Shown: one piece after another, positions 36,715 through 45,613 of the stretch
Layout: every line of letters starts with the position of its first letter
Numbering within the stretch: position 1 is the first letter of the stretch
Source of the DNA: Candidatus Saccharimonadales bacterium
GTDB taxonomy: Bacteria > Patescibacteriota > Saccharimonadia > Saccharimonadales > EFPC-124
DNA: 64,000 bases
NCBI GenBank assembly: GCA_035457485.1
Contig: DATIBO010000006.1
Location: 754,659 to 818,658 of the forward strand
Direction of reading: 5' to 3'
Notes under the pieces: generated by a model
What the model was told of the DNA's origin: nothing
The model's input: only the letters and a program-made list of their open reading frames with translations
Databases searched by the model: none
Program-made: the position numbers and the translations under genes

Positions 36715-37881
36715 CTAGGCTCGCTCTTTATTTTTATATGCAGCACTTACGATCAACTCGGCCATATCGATTGCAGAATCGGGCTTCGCAAACTTATAAA
36801 TAGCTTTGGACAAATCGTTCATTGTTTTTTTGTCATCAATAATCTTTTCGATTGCAAGCTTTAAGATGACAGGATTCATTACGATTTTATCCTCTTGTAC
36901 CACAATCGCAGCGCCAGCTTTGGCAAAAACTTCAGCATTTTTGATCTGATGACCGCCCGTTAAATATGGGTTTGGAACGATTATAGTCGGCTTTGCCATA
37001 GCTGCCAGTTCACTAGTAGTCGTTGCGCCCGCACGTGTGACAACCACGTCAGCGCCACCAAACGCCAAAGCCAAACCGTTTATAAAGGGCTTTACAACAT
37101 AGTCGGCGCTCTCAGGGGCGCGTTGCATGACTTCGTTGTAATTCGATTGTCCTGTTATATGTAAAATGGAACATTTTTTAAGCAACGGTTCAGCCACACT
37201 GACGATCGCTCGATTTAAGTTGCGCGCCCCCAAACCTCCGCCAGTCACAACTACAAGTGGCTTTTTAATATCTACCATGCCTAAAACGGATCTGCATTTT
37301 TCTTTTTCTTGCTGCGTAACTGGCCTAAAAGCAGCGCTTACTGGAACGCCAACGTAATGCGTTTTTTCCCTGGGGTAAGGGTAGTTTTCCACCGGCGCAC
37401 CGGTTGCAATTATTGTCGCATGCTTTGCTAACAGTTTATTGGTTAAACCCGGCAATGAATCCGAATCATGAATAACTAAAGGGATCTTTAAAAATGACGC
37501 CGCTAAGCCCACAGGCAAGCAAACAAAGCCACCTTTTGTAAAAACTACATCGGGCTTAACTTTTCGTAAATACCTAACACTCTGTAATAATCCCACACCG
37601 GTTACGAAAACATCTCCAATGTTTTTAAAAGTCATAGGTAAATTGAAGATTTGTTTCCATACGCTCACAGAATGAAAGCGGCGAAACTTACCGGCATTTA
37701 TTTTTTTGACTGGAACTTTAAAATTAAGAGTATCAATAATACCCGTGGCTTGCTGTCCAAAAGCTTTGTCGGTTATAAAATAAGCTTTTAAGTTTTTATC
37801 GTGCTTTTTAAGCTCACGCAGTACCGCTAAAACCGGTGTTACGTGCCCGCCCGATCCGCCGCCGGCCGCCAAAATTGTCAT
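36715..37881 (-). CDS. murG: UDP-N-acetylglucosamine--N-acetylmuramyl-(pentapeptide) pyrophosphoryl-undecaprenol GlcNAc transferase
   Basis: G-loop AAGGGSGGHVTP, VVTGGGLGA, TRAGATTTSELA. Confidence 0.9.
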   Translation of the reverse strand: MTILAAGGGSGGHVTPVLAVLRELKKHDKNLKAYFITDKAFGQQATGIIDTLNFKVPVKKINAGKFRRFHSVSVWKQIFNLPMTFKNIGDVFVTGVGLLQSVRYLRKVKPDVVFTKGGFVCLPVGLAASFLKIPLVIHDSDSLPGLTNKLLAKHATIIATGAPVENYPYPREKTHYVGVPVSAAFRPVTQQEKEKCRSVLGMVDIKKPLVVVTGGGLGARNLNRAIVSVAEPLLKKCSILHITGQSNYNEVMQRAPESADYVVKPFINGLALAFGGADVVVTRAGATTTSELAAMAKPTIIVPNPYLTGGHQIKNAEVFAKAGAAIVVQEDKIVMNPVILKLAIEKIIDDKKTMNDLSKAIYKFAKPDSAIDMAELIVSAAYKNKERA

Positions 37882-39094
37882 CAGTTCCTCCTTGTGTTGA
37901 CTGAGTTGGGTTGTGTCTGGTGTATCTGGAAATCTGAATTACTAAACCAAGCGCGGCCAACATACACAGCAAGCTTGTGCCACCAAAACTTACAAACGGT
38001 AATGTTATGCCGGTTAGCGGGAAAATTCCTAACATTGCACCCACATTTATAATACTATGCGAGAACACCCAACCAAAGGTGCCGGCAATTACTAGCTTGG
38101 GGAAAAGTTGCGAAGTTTGATCCATAATTTTTAGCATCCGCCAGAACATCCCACCAAAGAGGCCTAGCACCGCCACTGTCCCTAAAAATCCAAACTTCTC
38201 GGCTAAAATTGCAAAAATTGAGTCGTTAGCCGCCTCGGGCAAATAACCGAACGCCTGAATGCTTCGTCCTAAACCCTTACCAGTCATACCTCCGCTGCCG
38301 ATCGCAATCAACGCTTGATTTTCATGATACCCCATGTCAGTCGTAGTAGAGCTACTGTGGTTAAAATATGTCAGGATTCGCTCCATTCGATGCGGAGCCA
38401 ACAAGATAAATATTACACCCAGCCCGACCACCAAACCGATTAGCATTGCGAAAAACTTTAGCTTGACGCCAGCCATAAAAAGCATGATCAGCGCAATCGC
38501 AAATAACGTTAGGCCGGTTCCCAAGTCTTTTTGCAAACCAACAATAACGATCGTCGAAGTGATTAGCAAAACACTCAACGGAACAAAAGTTTGCTTAATG
38601 TCGTTTAATTCGCCCTGTGCAACTCTGGCGGCCAAAAAACTGGCTAAGAAAACTAGCAACGCAAGCTTCATGACCTCGGCTGGCTGAAAGCTAATTATCC
38701 CAAGATCAAGCCAACGACAAGCACCATTAACGCAAAGGGCTAACGGGGTTGCCTGAAGTAGAAATGGCAACGTGCCTAAGATTATTCCTACGATTAAAAT
38801 GTTTAGGCTATTTTTACGCCACCAGCCAAGCGGCACAAAGGCAGCAATTGCAAACGCCGCACCGCCAATTGCAATGTAAATTAATTGCCTAAACAAAAAA
38901 TAATGTTGACTAATCTCGGTTTCACTTGAGCTAATCCTCGCAATTAGCGCTGGGCTGATCGAATAAATAACGATCAGCCCTAAAAGGACCAAGGTACAGA
39001 TGAAAAGGATTAATGGCATATCTGGACGATGTTTGCGTATCCCCTCAAACTCATCTACAAACCTAGTGATCCGCCCTCCCCTGCTTGGGTTCAT
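37814..39094 (-). CDS. ftsW: SEDS family peptidoglycan polymerase FtsW/RodA
   Basis: About 10 TM helices. QALIAIGSGGMTGKGLG..LPEAANDSIFAILAEKFGFLG. Confidence 0.85.
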   Translation of the reverse strand: MNPSRGGRITRFVDEFEGIRKHRPDMPLILFICTLVLLGLIVIYSISPALIARISSSETEISQHYFLFRQLIYIAIGGAAFAIAAFVPLGWWRKNSLNILIVGIILGTLPFLLQATPLALCVNGACRWLDLGIISFQPAEVMKLALLVFLASFLAARVAQGELNDIKQTFVPLSVLLITSTIVIVGLQKDLGTGLTLFAIALIMLFMAGVKLKFFAMLIGLVVGLGVIFILLAPHRMERILTYFNHSSSTTTDMGYHENQALIAIGSGGMTGKGLGRSIQAFGYLPEAANDSIFAILAEKFGFLGTVAVLGLFGGMFWRMLKIMDQTSQLFPKLVIAGTFGWVFSHSIINVGAMLGIFPLTGITLPFVSFGGTSLLCMLAALGLVIQISRYTRHNPTQSTQGGTDDNFGGRRRIGRARNTGFSGTA

Positions 39095-39095
39095 C

Positions 39096-40133
39096 CTAAA
39101 CGTACCCGCCTGTCAAAAATATAATCAAACCGATTGCTGCACAAATTTGCGCTAGTAACCAAAATCGCATCGTAATTTTTGTCTCTGGCCAACCGGTCGC
39201 CTCAAGGTGGTGGTGAATGGGCGCAGATATAAAAACCTTTCTTCCCAAAAACTTTTTGCTTAGTAGCTGAATCGAGCTTGAACCGGCTTCGATCACAAAG
39301 ACTAAACCAATAATCGGCAGTAAAAACAAGGTGTTTGTTAACATTGCCACAACACCCAATGCCGTGCCTAAAGCAAAGGACCCTACATCCCCCATAAAAA
39401 ACCGGGCTGGATATATATTAAACCACAAGTAAGCCGTAAGCGCACCCACAACTGTAAAACAAAAAGCAGCCAAGTATGACTGCCCCTGAAACATTGCAAT
39501 TATCCCAAAAGTTCCAAAACTGATTGCCGCTAGTCCACCAGCCAAGCCATCTAAGCCGTCACTGATGTTTACGGCATTACCCATTGCAACAACCACAAAA
39601 ATAAATATAGGTATAATCAGCCAGCCAAGCTCAAGCTCGAACGGCAAATACGGAATATGGACACTTGTAAACCCAAGCTTGTAGTAAAAAAACCAAGCAG
39701 CAACTGCTGCAACCAAAGCGATTAGCAAAAATTTTACACCACTCCGTAAACCACGCACACCACCGCCAAGACCGCGGATATTAATAACATCGTCAATCAA
39801 GCCTACGATTCCACCCCCGATAAGCGCCGCAAGTGGCAACCATGTTTCTGCCCTATTCAGATTAAAAGCAAGAGTCATCAAAGCAACGACTGCAACGAAC
39901 ACCATTCCAGCCATGGTCGGAATGTGCCGCTGATGCTTTTCGGCATGTAGCTTTGCAAAAACGGCTGCCTTCTCGCCCGTAGTGCTTGTTGTGCGCTGCA
40001 CTTTCCAAAACTTAAATTTATAAGCAAAAAATGTGTAAATAGGAGTCGCCAACATACTAACGGCAAAGCCAATAAACGCCAGTAGTAACAAGCTTGTTAC
40101 CTCGTTAATAATCTCGGCCGGAATTGAGTACAT
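39096..40133 (-). CDS. mraY: phospho-N-acetylmuramoyl-pentapeptide-transferase
   Basis: GLIDDVINI, NAVNISDGLDGLAGG, FMGDVGSFALG, APIHHHLE. Confidence 0.9.
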   Translation of the reverse strand: MYSIPAEIINEVTSLLLLAFIGFAVSMLATPIYTFFAYKFKFWKVQRTTSTTGEKAAVFAKLHAEKHQRHIPTMAGMVFVAVVALMTLAFNLNRAETWLPLAALIGGGIVGLIDDVINIRGLGGGVRGLRSGVKFLLIALVAAVAAWFFYYKLGFTSVHIPYLPFELELGWLIIPIFIFVVVAMGNAVNISDGLDGLAGGLAAISFGTFGIIAMFQGQSYLAAFCFTVVGALTAYLWFNIYPARFFMGDVGSFALGTALGVVAMLTNTLFLLPIIGLVFVIEAGSSSIQLLSKKFLGRKVFISAPIHHHLEATGWPETKITMRFWLLAQICAAIGLIIFLTGGYV

Positions 40134-40136
40134 ATT

Positions 40137-41888
40137 TTAGCCCCTTGGTTGAATTTTTAGATAATCTAGCAGCCAGTTTGAGATATCGGTAAAAATTGGC
40201 GCCGCACCTTGAGTGCCGGCGAAATCACCGAGATCCGAATCATCCACTCTTATCATTATCACATATTCTGGCCGATTTTGACCACCATAGCCTAGATACC
40301 CCCCGATGGTTTTCGTTTTGCTATACTGTCCGGTCGTTGGATCATAAACCTGCGCAGTCCCTGTTTTGCCGCCTGTTGTATATCCCGGTCTATCTAGCTT
40401 ACCCAAACTTCCCGCCCTAATCTCGTGAGTCATCATTCGCAACTTTTCGGAAGCATCTGCGCTAATCACACCTGTTTTCTTCACGATAGGCTCTTTAGCA
40501 ACTACATCACCCTTTTCATTCACTACTCCGCTAATAATCTGGGGTGAGTAATATGTTCCGCCATTAACTAGTGCCGAGAATGTTGAAACTGCCTGCAGCA
40601 TAGTCATCGTCATACCCTGGCCAAAAGTCATGTTCGCATATCGAACTGGACCACCTTGCTCGTCGTCAGGTGAAATAACCTGCCCAGCCGCCTCAAAGGC
40701 CAGGGGGATTCCAGTAATCTCATTTAGTAAAAAACGATCTGTTAAGTACTGATAAAATTTATCCTTTGCCTGATCATTAATGTCGCCACCACCAAGTAAT
40801 CGCAAAATGTGTACCATGCCAGTGTTGTAAGAATATCGCAGCGCATCAAGCATCTTAACATTACCCAAAAGTTCGTTACCAAGGTTCTTGATTGTTGCGT
40901 CTGCGACTTTTGTCGAGCCAGTATTCACATAGGTTGTGTCGGGCTGGATAACACCTTCGTTAAGGCCCATGGCAACTGTAAACGTTTTAGTTACAGATCC
41001 CGGCTCGTACGGATCTGAGATCGTCGGATTTTGAAAAGCGTTGTAATCTGTGACTTTTTGATATTCACCTGGGTTGTAGGTCGGCAAGCTTGCCATTGCC
41101 ATGATTTGTCCATTATTTGGGTTAATTACAACAGCACTCCCTTTTGTAGCATGAACCCGCTCCAGCCCCGCTTTTAAAGCCTTCTCTACGTATGATTGAA
41201 TATTGCGATCTATACTTAGGACCACGTCTTCACCATCTTGCGCTGGTGTCTGAACTGTATTCGCACCAACTGAGATCGGAATCCCATTCACATCTGTAAT
41301 CGCCTTGAGCTGCCCTGCCACTCCGGCAAGTTGATCGTTATAACCTTGTTCTATTCCGTATTGCCCCTTACCTTCTCCATTTACAAACCCCAAGACCTGA
41401 GCCGCCAACGTTCCCTCAAGATAAGTTCGTTTTTCGCTTTCTTGAAGCCCAATTCCAGCTAACTCCTCTTTTTTAAGTAAATCAGCCTGTTGTTTGTTCA
41501 ACAACTTCGCTAAAACAACATACTGTCGATCCTTGTTCTTCAAACTTTCTTCAAAGCCCTCCACTAAATTACCGCCAGCGATTCTGCGCAAAACCTCAGC
41601 AGCTTTCGTCTCATCTTTCACATATCGTGGATCAGCGAAAACAGTATAGCTCGGTTCATTTAAAACGAGTGGGGCTATCTTGTCATAGCCATCTTTTGCA
41701 TAAATCTCACCTCTACTCGCTGCAATCGAGAATTTGGCCGTGTGCTCTTTTAGGGCTTCGGCTTCGTAATAGTCGTGTCTGATAACTTGAACATAAAAAA
41801 GCCGCACAACAAAAATAGCTCCCAGTAAAAACATGAGAGCCATTAAAATCCGCACCCGGCTATGTAAAGTTACATCTGTTTTTTCCAT
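40137..41888 (-). CDS. penicillin-binding protein 2/FtsI-type transpeptidase
   Basis: SxxK (GSVTK), SxN (YSYN), KTG (GGKTGTAQ). N-terminal TM anchor. Confidence 0.85.
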   Translation of the reverse strand: MEKTDVTLHSRVRILMALMFLLGAIFVVRLFYVQVIRHDYYEAEALKEHTAKFSIAASRGEIYAKDGYDKIAPLVLNEPSYTVFADPRYVKDETKAAEVLRRIAGGNLVEGFEESLKNKDRQYVVLAKLLNKQQADLLKKEELAGIGLQESEKRTYLEGTLAAQVLGFVNGEGKGQYGIEQGYNDQLAGVAGQLKAITDVNGIPISVGANTVQTPAQDGEDVVLSIDRNIQSYVEKALKAGLERVHATKGSAVVINPNNGQIMAMASLPTYNPGEYQKVTDYNAFQNPTISDPYEPGSVTKTFTVAMGLNEGVIQPDTTYVNTGSTKVADATIKNLGNELLGNVKMLDALRYSYNTGMVHILRLLGGGDINDQAKDKFYQYLTDRFLLNEITGIPLAFEAAGQVISPDDEQGGPVRYANMTFGQGMTMTMLQAVSTFSALVNGGTYYSPQIISGVVNEKGDVVAKEPIVKKTGVISADASEKLRMMTHEIRAGSLGKLDRPGYTTGGKTGTAQVYDPTTGQYSKTKTIGGYLGYGGQNRPEYVIMIRVDDSDLGDFAGTQGAAPIFTDISNWLLDYLKIQPRG

Positions 41889-41893
41889 TGGAA

Positions 41894-42256
41894 TTAATTA
41901 GTTCGTGCAAAATCAGTTTGAGCTGGAGAACCGAGCTGAGCAGCGACGCCACTTTGCGAAACTCGCTCTAACGCCTGCAACCTTGCCGTCTCAACTTCGA
42001 GATCGCGCTGTTCGCTTAAAAGCTGTTCTTTTTGATTGTTAAGATCGTTTATCTCGTATCCGTACGTACTTGTTTTGGTAATTTGCGTAAGGTAAATTAA
42101 GCCTAACACAGCAAGCATCAGTGCCACTAGTACCGTATGACTAACGGGCCCTAGCCGTTTGCTTGGCTTGAACCTAACCGTATTTTGATTGCGTCGCCAT
42201 GATCTGCCGCCGGCAATTTGGCCCTGCATTGCTGCTGAATTATTGTACTGATACAT
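41894..42256 (-). CDS. FtsL-like cell division protein
   Basis: Position between rsmH and the PBP gene. One TM helix followed by a coiled-coil segment (LNNQKEQLLSEQRDLEVETARLQ). Confidence 0.5.
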   Translation of the reverse strand: MYQYNNSAAMQGQIAGGRSWRRNQNTVRFKPSKRLGPVSHTVLVALMLAVLGLIYLTQITKTSTYGYEINDLNNQKEQLLSEQRDLEVETARLQALERVSQSGVAAQLGSPAQTDFARTN

Positions 42257-42291
42257 TTTTGTTTCTTTTTATTTTGAGCTAAAATCCTGGC

Positions 42292-42334
42292 CTAGTGTAG
42301 ACGATTATTAACCGTCTACACTAGTCTTTTTTTT
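42292..42334 (+). terminator. perfect 12-bp hairpin plus T8, oriented against the dcw operon
   Basis: CTAGTGTAGACG (42292-42303) pairs with CGTCTACACTAG (42313-42324), 9-nt loop, then TC and TTTTTTTT on the plus strand. Confidence 0.5.
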
Positions 42335-42413
42335 GGTTTTAGCGCGCCTGCTCAAGGTGCCTTACAGCAACCTTAAATCGGCGAGAAGTACCCTGAACCT
42401 TGATAGGCATAGG

Positions 42414-43316
42414 TTATTCCCTTTTGTTTTTTATTTTTACAGCGCCTCGCAGTTTTGCACTACGAGAACGTGGATTGTAAACATCTTCGGTTGCCCCACT
42501 AATTGGTCGCTTGGTAATTAGGGAAAGTGTGGCTTCATATCCAGATTCCGCCTGCTCTTTAAAGAAGCGTTTAACCAAACGGTCTTCTAGGCTATGGAAG
42601 CTAATTATTGCTACCCTACCACCCGGTTTTAATAAATCAGGTATAAGTGGTAACACTTTTTTTAGCTGTCCTAGCTCGTCGTTAACCGCGATCCGGATTG
42701 CTTGAAATGTGCGCGTCGCCGGATGAGTTTTACCTCTTCGGCCACGATAAACATCTGCGACAACACCCGCAAGTTCAGCCGTAGTCGCAAATGGACGATT
42801 GGCAATTATTGCCTGGGCCACTTGTTTTGCCTTGGGTTCCTCGCCATATTCTCTCAAAATTTGCGTAAGCTCATCTTGGTTTATTTGGTTAAGGTACTCG
42901 GCCGCCGATAAACCATTTTGTTGGTCCATCCGCATATCTAGTGGTCCATCGCGCATAAAACTAAAACCGCGCTCGGGTATGTCTAGCTGTGGTGACGAAA
43001 CACCAAGATCGATTAAAATTAAGTCGACTTGTTCACCTTGCTCGTGCAGCTGCTCGGCTGCCGTTCCGTAATCGCTTTTGATTAGGTTGGCGCCAGCTTG
43101 CTTTAACTCTTGCAAAGCTTTAATCGACGTTTCGTCTCGATCAACCAACGTAGCTAAATTAGCCGCACCAATTAAATTGATTACAGCTTTAGCATGCCCG
43201 CCATAGCCAGCCGTTAAATCGAGGTATCGCTCCCCTTTTTGCGGCTTGAGTACGTCAAGCACGGCTTGTAATAAAACCGGTTCATGTTGGAGTTGTTGTG
43301 GTGGTATTTTTTTCAT
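42414..43316 (-). CDS. rsmH: 16S rRNA (cytosine1402-N4)-methyltransferase
   Basis: HEPVLLQAVLDVL, DLTAGYGGHA, DLGVSSPQLD, SFHSLEDR. Confidence 0.9.
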   Translation of the reverse strand: MKKIPPQQLQHEPVLLQAVLDVLKPQKGERYLDLTAGYGGHAKAVINLIGAANLATLVDRDETSIKALQELKQAGANLIKSDYGTAAEQLHEQGEQVDLILIDLGVSSPQLDIPERGFSFMRDGPLDMRMDQQNGLSAAEYLNQINQDELTQILREYGEEPKAKQVAQAIIANRPFATTAELAGVVADVYRGRRGKTHPATRTFQAIRIAVNDELGQLKKVLPLIPDLLKPGGRVAIISFHSLEDRLVKRFFKEQAESGYEATLSLITKRPISGATEDVYNPRSRSAKLRGAVKIKNKRE

Positions 43317-43320
43317 ATCG

Positions 43321-43557
43321 TAGTCACCTATTTGACAGCCAGCGTTTTTGTTTTTGTAAAATGTTTTTGTTTTTGTAATGTGTGTTAATGGAGTTGTTGT
43401 GGTGGTATTTCAAAATGAAACGCCGTTAAAGCCATTAACTTTGAGAGACTTATGTGAGGTGGAGTTTTTTGGGAGGTGTTTTTTGGAGGGGAAAGGTGCT
43501 AGGGCTTGCTAAGTGGAATGCCCTCGGCCCACTCACTGGCTGCCAAATAGCTGACTA
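43321..43557. repeat. 237-bp element bounded by 22-bp inverted repeats in the mraZ-rsmH spacer
   Basis: TAGTCACCTATTTGACAGCCAG (43321-43342) is complementary at 20/22 positions to CTGGCTGCCAAATAGCTGACTA (43536-43557). Interior holds a 16-nt tandem repeat and a 22-nt copy of the rsmH 5' end. Confidence 0.55.
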
Positions 43558-43618
43558 CGGAGAAACTCCGGTAGTTTTAAAAGCCATTGGCGTGTGTGTC
43601 ACCGAATTTTTAAGGTGC

Positions 43619-43978
43619 CTACTTAGCCATTAAACGCCAGTAACGTCCAGCACGGACTGCTACGACATCACGAGTAATCCCCGAAAAATCTAGCAAATGC
43701 TGCTCGATACTAATACGACCCTGCTTAGCATCAAGGTCAGCTGATGTTTTGCCCATACGAAACTGTACGTTCAAATCAGCCACCTTTTGATCTAAGATGT
43801 CGCCGTTTAATGCAGGCTCGACCAATTCGTCCCATACCGATTTTGGGTACAGGTGCAAATATTTATCGAACCCTCTGGTAAGAACCACTCCACTTGCAAG
43901 CTCATCTCTAAGCTCGGCTGGAATTGTCAGCCTTCGCTTATCATCCAGCTTGCGTTCGAAGTAGTCTACCGTTGCCAT
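43619..43978 (-). CDS. mraZ: transcriptional regulator MraZ (short form)
   Basis: Two SpoVT/AbrB-like halves: DDKRRLTIPAELRDEL and DAKQGRISIEQHLLDF. First gene of the dcw cluster. Confidence 0.8.
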   Translation of the reverse strand: MATVDYFERKLDDKRRLTIPAELRDELASGVVLTRGFDKYLHLYPKSVWDELVEPALNGDILDQKVADLNVQFRMGKTSADLDAKQGRISIEQHLLDFSGITRDVVAVRAGRYWRLMAK

Positions 43979-44014
43979 TTTTTTAATAGTGGTTTTTGTT
44001 ATTGCTTGGTGGCT

Positions 44015-44062
44015 TACCCACTGCTACCCACTGACATAAGTTTACTACCCACCATTACCCAC
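44015..44062 (-). promoter_or_regulatory. four phased GTGGGTA repeats upstream of mraZ (putative MraZ operator)
   Basis: TACCCAC on the plus strand at 44015, 44025, 44046 and 44056 (spacing 10, 21, 10 bp), 37-85 nt upstream of the mraZ ATG. Confidence 0.5.
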
Positions 44063-44196
44063 TGCAAGTACTTTATTTCAAATAAATCACAGGGTCCACT
44101 CCACGCAGGCGTTTTATCCACAGTTCTGTGGGAAACTATTTTTGACAAATTAAAAACTACCCCGTTACGAGTAGTTCTTAATTTGCTCAGTATTTT

Positions 44197-45042
44197 TTAT
44201 TCTTTGCCAACTACACGGTTATTAGCAGCAAGCCAACCCTCGACAGTTCCCCCGTCCATATAGTCACCTTTTGCCGGGACAACTACCATTTTATTACCGC
44301 TAGAAATGTACATATTTAACGCTTCGGTTATTTGGTACTCGCCGTTTGCTGCTGGAGCATTCTGCATTACTTGCTTTGCGCACTCCATAAGTTCGTAGTC
44401 AAACAAATATTTACTAATATTAATCAAGGTCGTGGGAGCATCTTCGACTTTTGGCTGTTCTATAACGCGCTTAAAAAAGCTAACACCGTTTTCGCCGTCG
44501 GTCTCGATCACACCATAACGGAATACGTCATCGCGGGGAACATTTACGGCAAGTAGTCCAGCACCAACGCCTGATTCATCTGCAGCCTTAATTAGTTCGG
44601 CGACTTCCGACCGACCGTCGGCACGATAAATAAAATCATCACCCATAAGTACTAAAACCTGTTCATTTTTTTTGATAAGGTGGGCACAAAGAGAAACCGG
44701 AACAGCAGTACCATAAGGCTGGTGCTGATCCTGAACCACATAATGGAAGTTTGCCTTTTTGGCCAAATGCTTAACTTCTTGAAGTTGCTCGGTTTTGCCT
44801 TTGGCTTTTAGGTATTCTTCTAAAAGCTGATTTCGGCCGTAATAGTTTTGCAGCTGCTCAAACTGCTCGCTTACAACAAAAATAATGTCAGTAATTCCAG
44901 CTTTTAGACAATCTTCAACTACGTAGTCAACCAGTGGTCGATTTCCGATCGGCAACATGCACTTTTCTACTGCCTTAGTAATTGGCAGTCGACGTGTTCC
45001 GTAACCCGCGACGGGAATAATCGCTTTTGTTATGCTACTCAT
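44197..45042 (-). CDS. galU: UTP--glucose-1-phosphate uridylyltransferase
   Basis: KAIIPVAGYGTRRLPITKAVEKCMLPI, VLMGDD. Confidence 0.8.
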   Translation of the reverse strand: MSSITKAIIPVAGYGTRRLPITKAVEKCMLPIGNRPLVDYVVEDCLKAGITDIIFVVSEQFEQLQNYYGRNQLLEEYLKAKGKTEQLQEVKHLAKKANFHYVVQDQHQPYGTAVPVSLCAHLIKKNEQVLVLMGDDFIYRADGRSEVAELIKAADESGVGAGLLAVNVPRDDVFRYGVIETDGENGVSFFKRVIEQPKVEDAPTTLINISKYLFDYELMECAKQVMQNAPAANGEYQITEALNMYISSGNKMVVVPAKGDYMDGGTVEGWLAANNRVVGKE

Positions 45043-45613
45043 TAATTAGCTCCTTTAGGGACTTAACTATCTGTCCATTATAATCTTTTGCCGGAAGTTT
45101 ACGGACAAGCAAAACCCCGCTACACCATGTCGGCAAGTCGAGTACAGGTTTGTCATCAACTATTATTGCATCATGTTGTGGCAAATTATTCAAGTAAATC
45201 TGCTTGGGCTGTTGCACGATCACTTTTTCGAACTCTGCCAGTTCGGGCAAAAGTGAGATTTTAAATTCTTGAGTTTCTGGATCCCCAAAAGTAACAATCG
45301 TAGGCTTTGAGTCATGTTTATCTAGCCAACTTAAAAATTCACGCGCATCATCGTACAAAAAATCTTTCCCGATTAGCTCTTTAAAAATAAGCTCGCGAGC
45401 CTCTGTTGGATCGATCCCGAACGACTGCAAAGTTTTAAAAAAACGCAAATATCCACGCGCGCTACCTCCGCCCTTCACGCGGTGACGTAACATTCTAATG
45501 GCAAATGTCATCAACTTAATATCGTAAAGCTTCGAAACCGCTCGACACATTTCGCTGTATCCGTAGGTTGTACGGTAAAGCGTATCGTCTAAATCTAAAT
45601 ACCATTTTTTCAT
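45035..45613 (-). CDS. HAD-like hydrolase (putative)
   Basis: Motif I YLDLDDTLY near the N-terminus and a late DD motif (AIIVDDKP). Confidence 0.45.
   Translation of the reverse strand: MKKWYLDLDDTLYRTTYGYSEMCRAVSKLYDIKLMTFAIRMLRHRVKGGGSARGYLRFFKTLQSFGIDPTEARELIFKELIGKDFLYDDAREFLSWLDKHDSKPTIVTFGDPETQEFKISLLPELAEFEKVIVQQPKQIYLNNLPQHDAIIVDDKPVLDLPTWCSGVLLVRKLPAKDYNGQIVKSLKELINE

Noticed and set aside
43344-43378. Tandem GTTTTTGTTTTTGTAA repeats as a CRISPR-like array or minisatellite
   Set aside because: There are only two copies, 16 nt each and 3 nt apart, with no spacers and no cas genes. I report them only as part of the mraZ-rsmH element. No CRISPR array was seen anywhere in the window.
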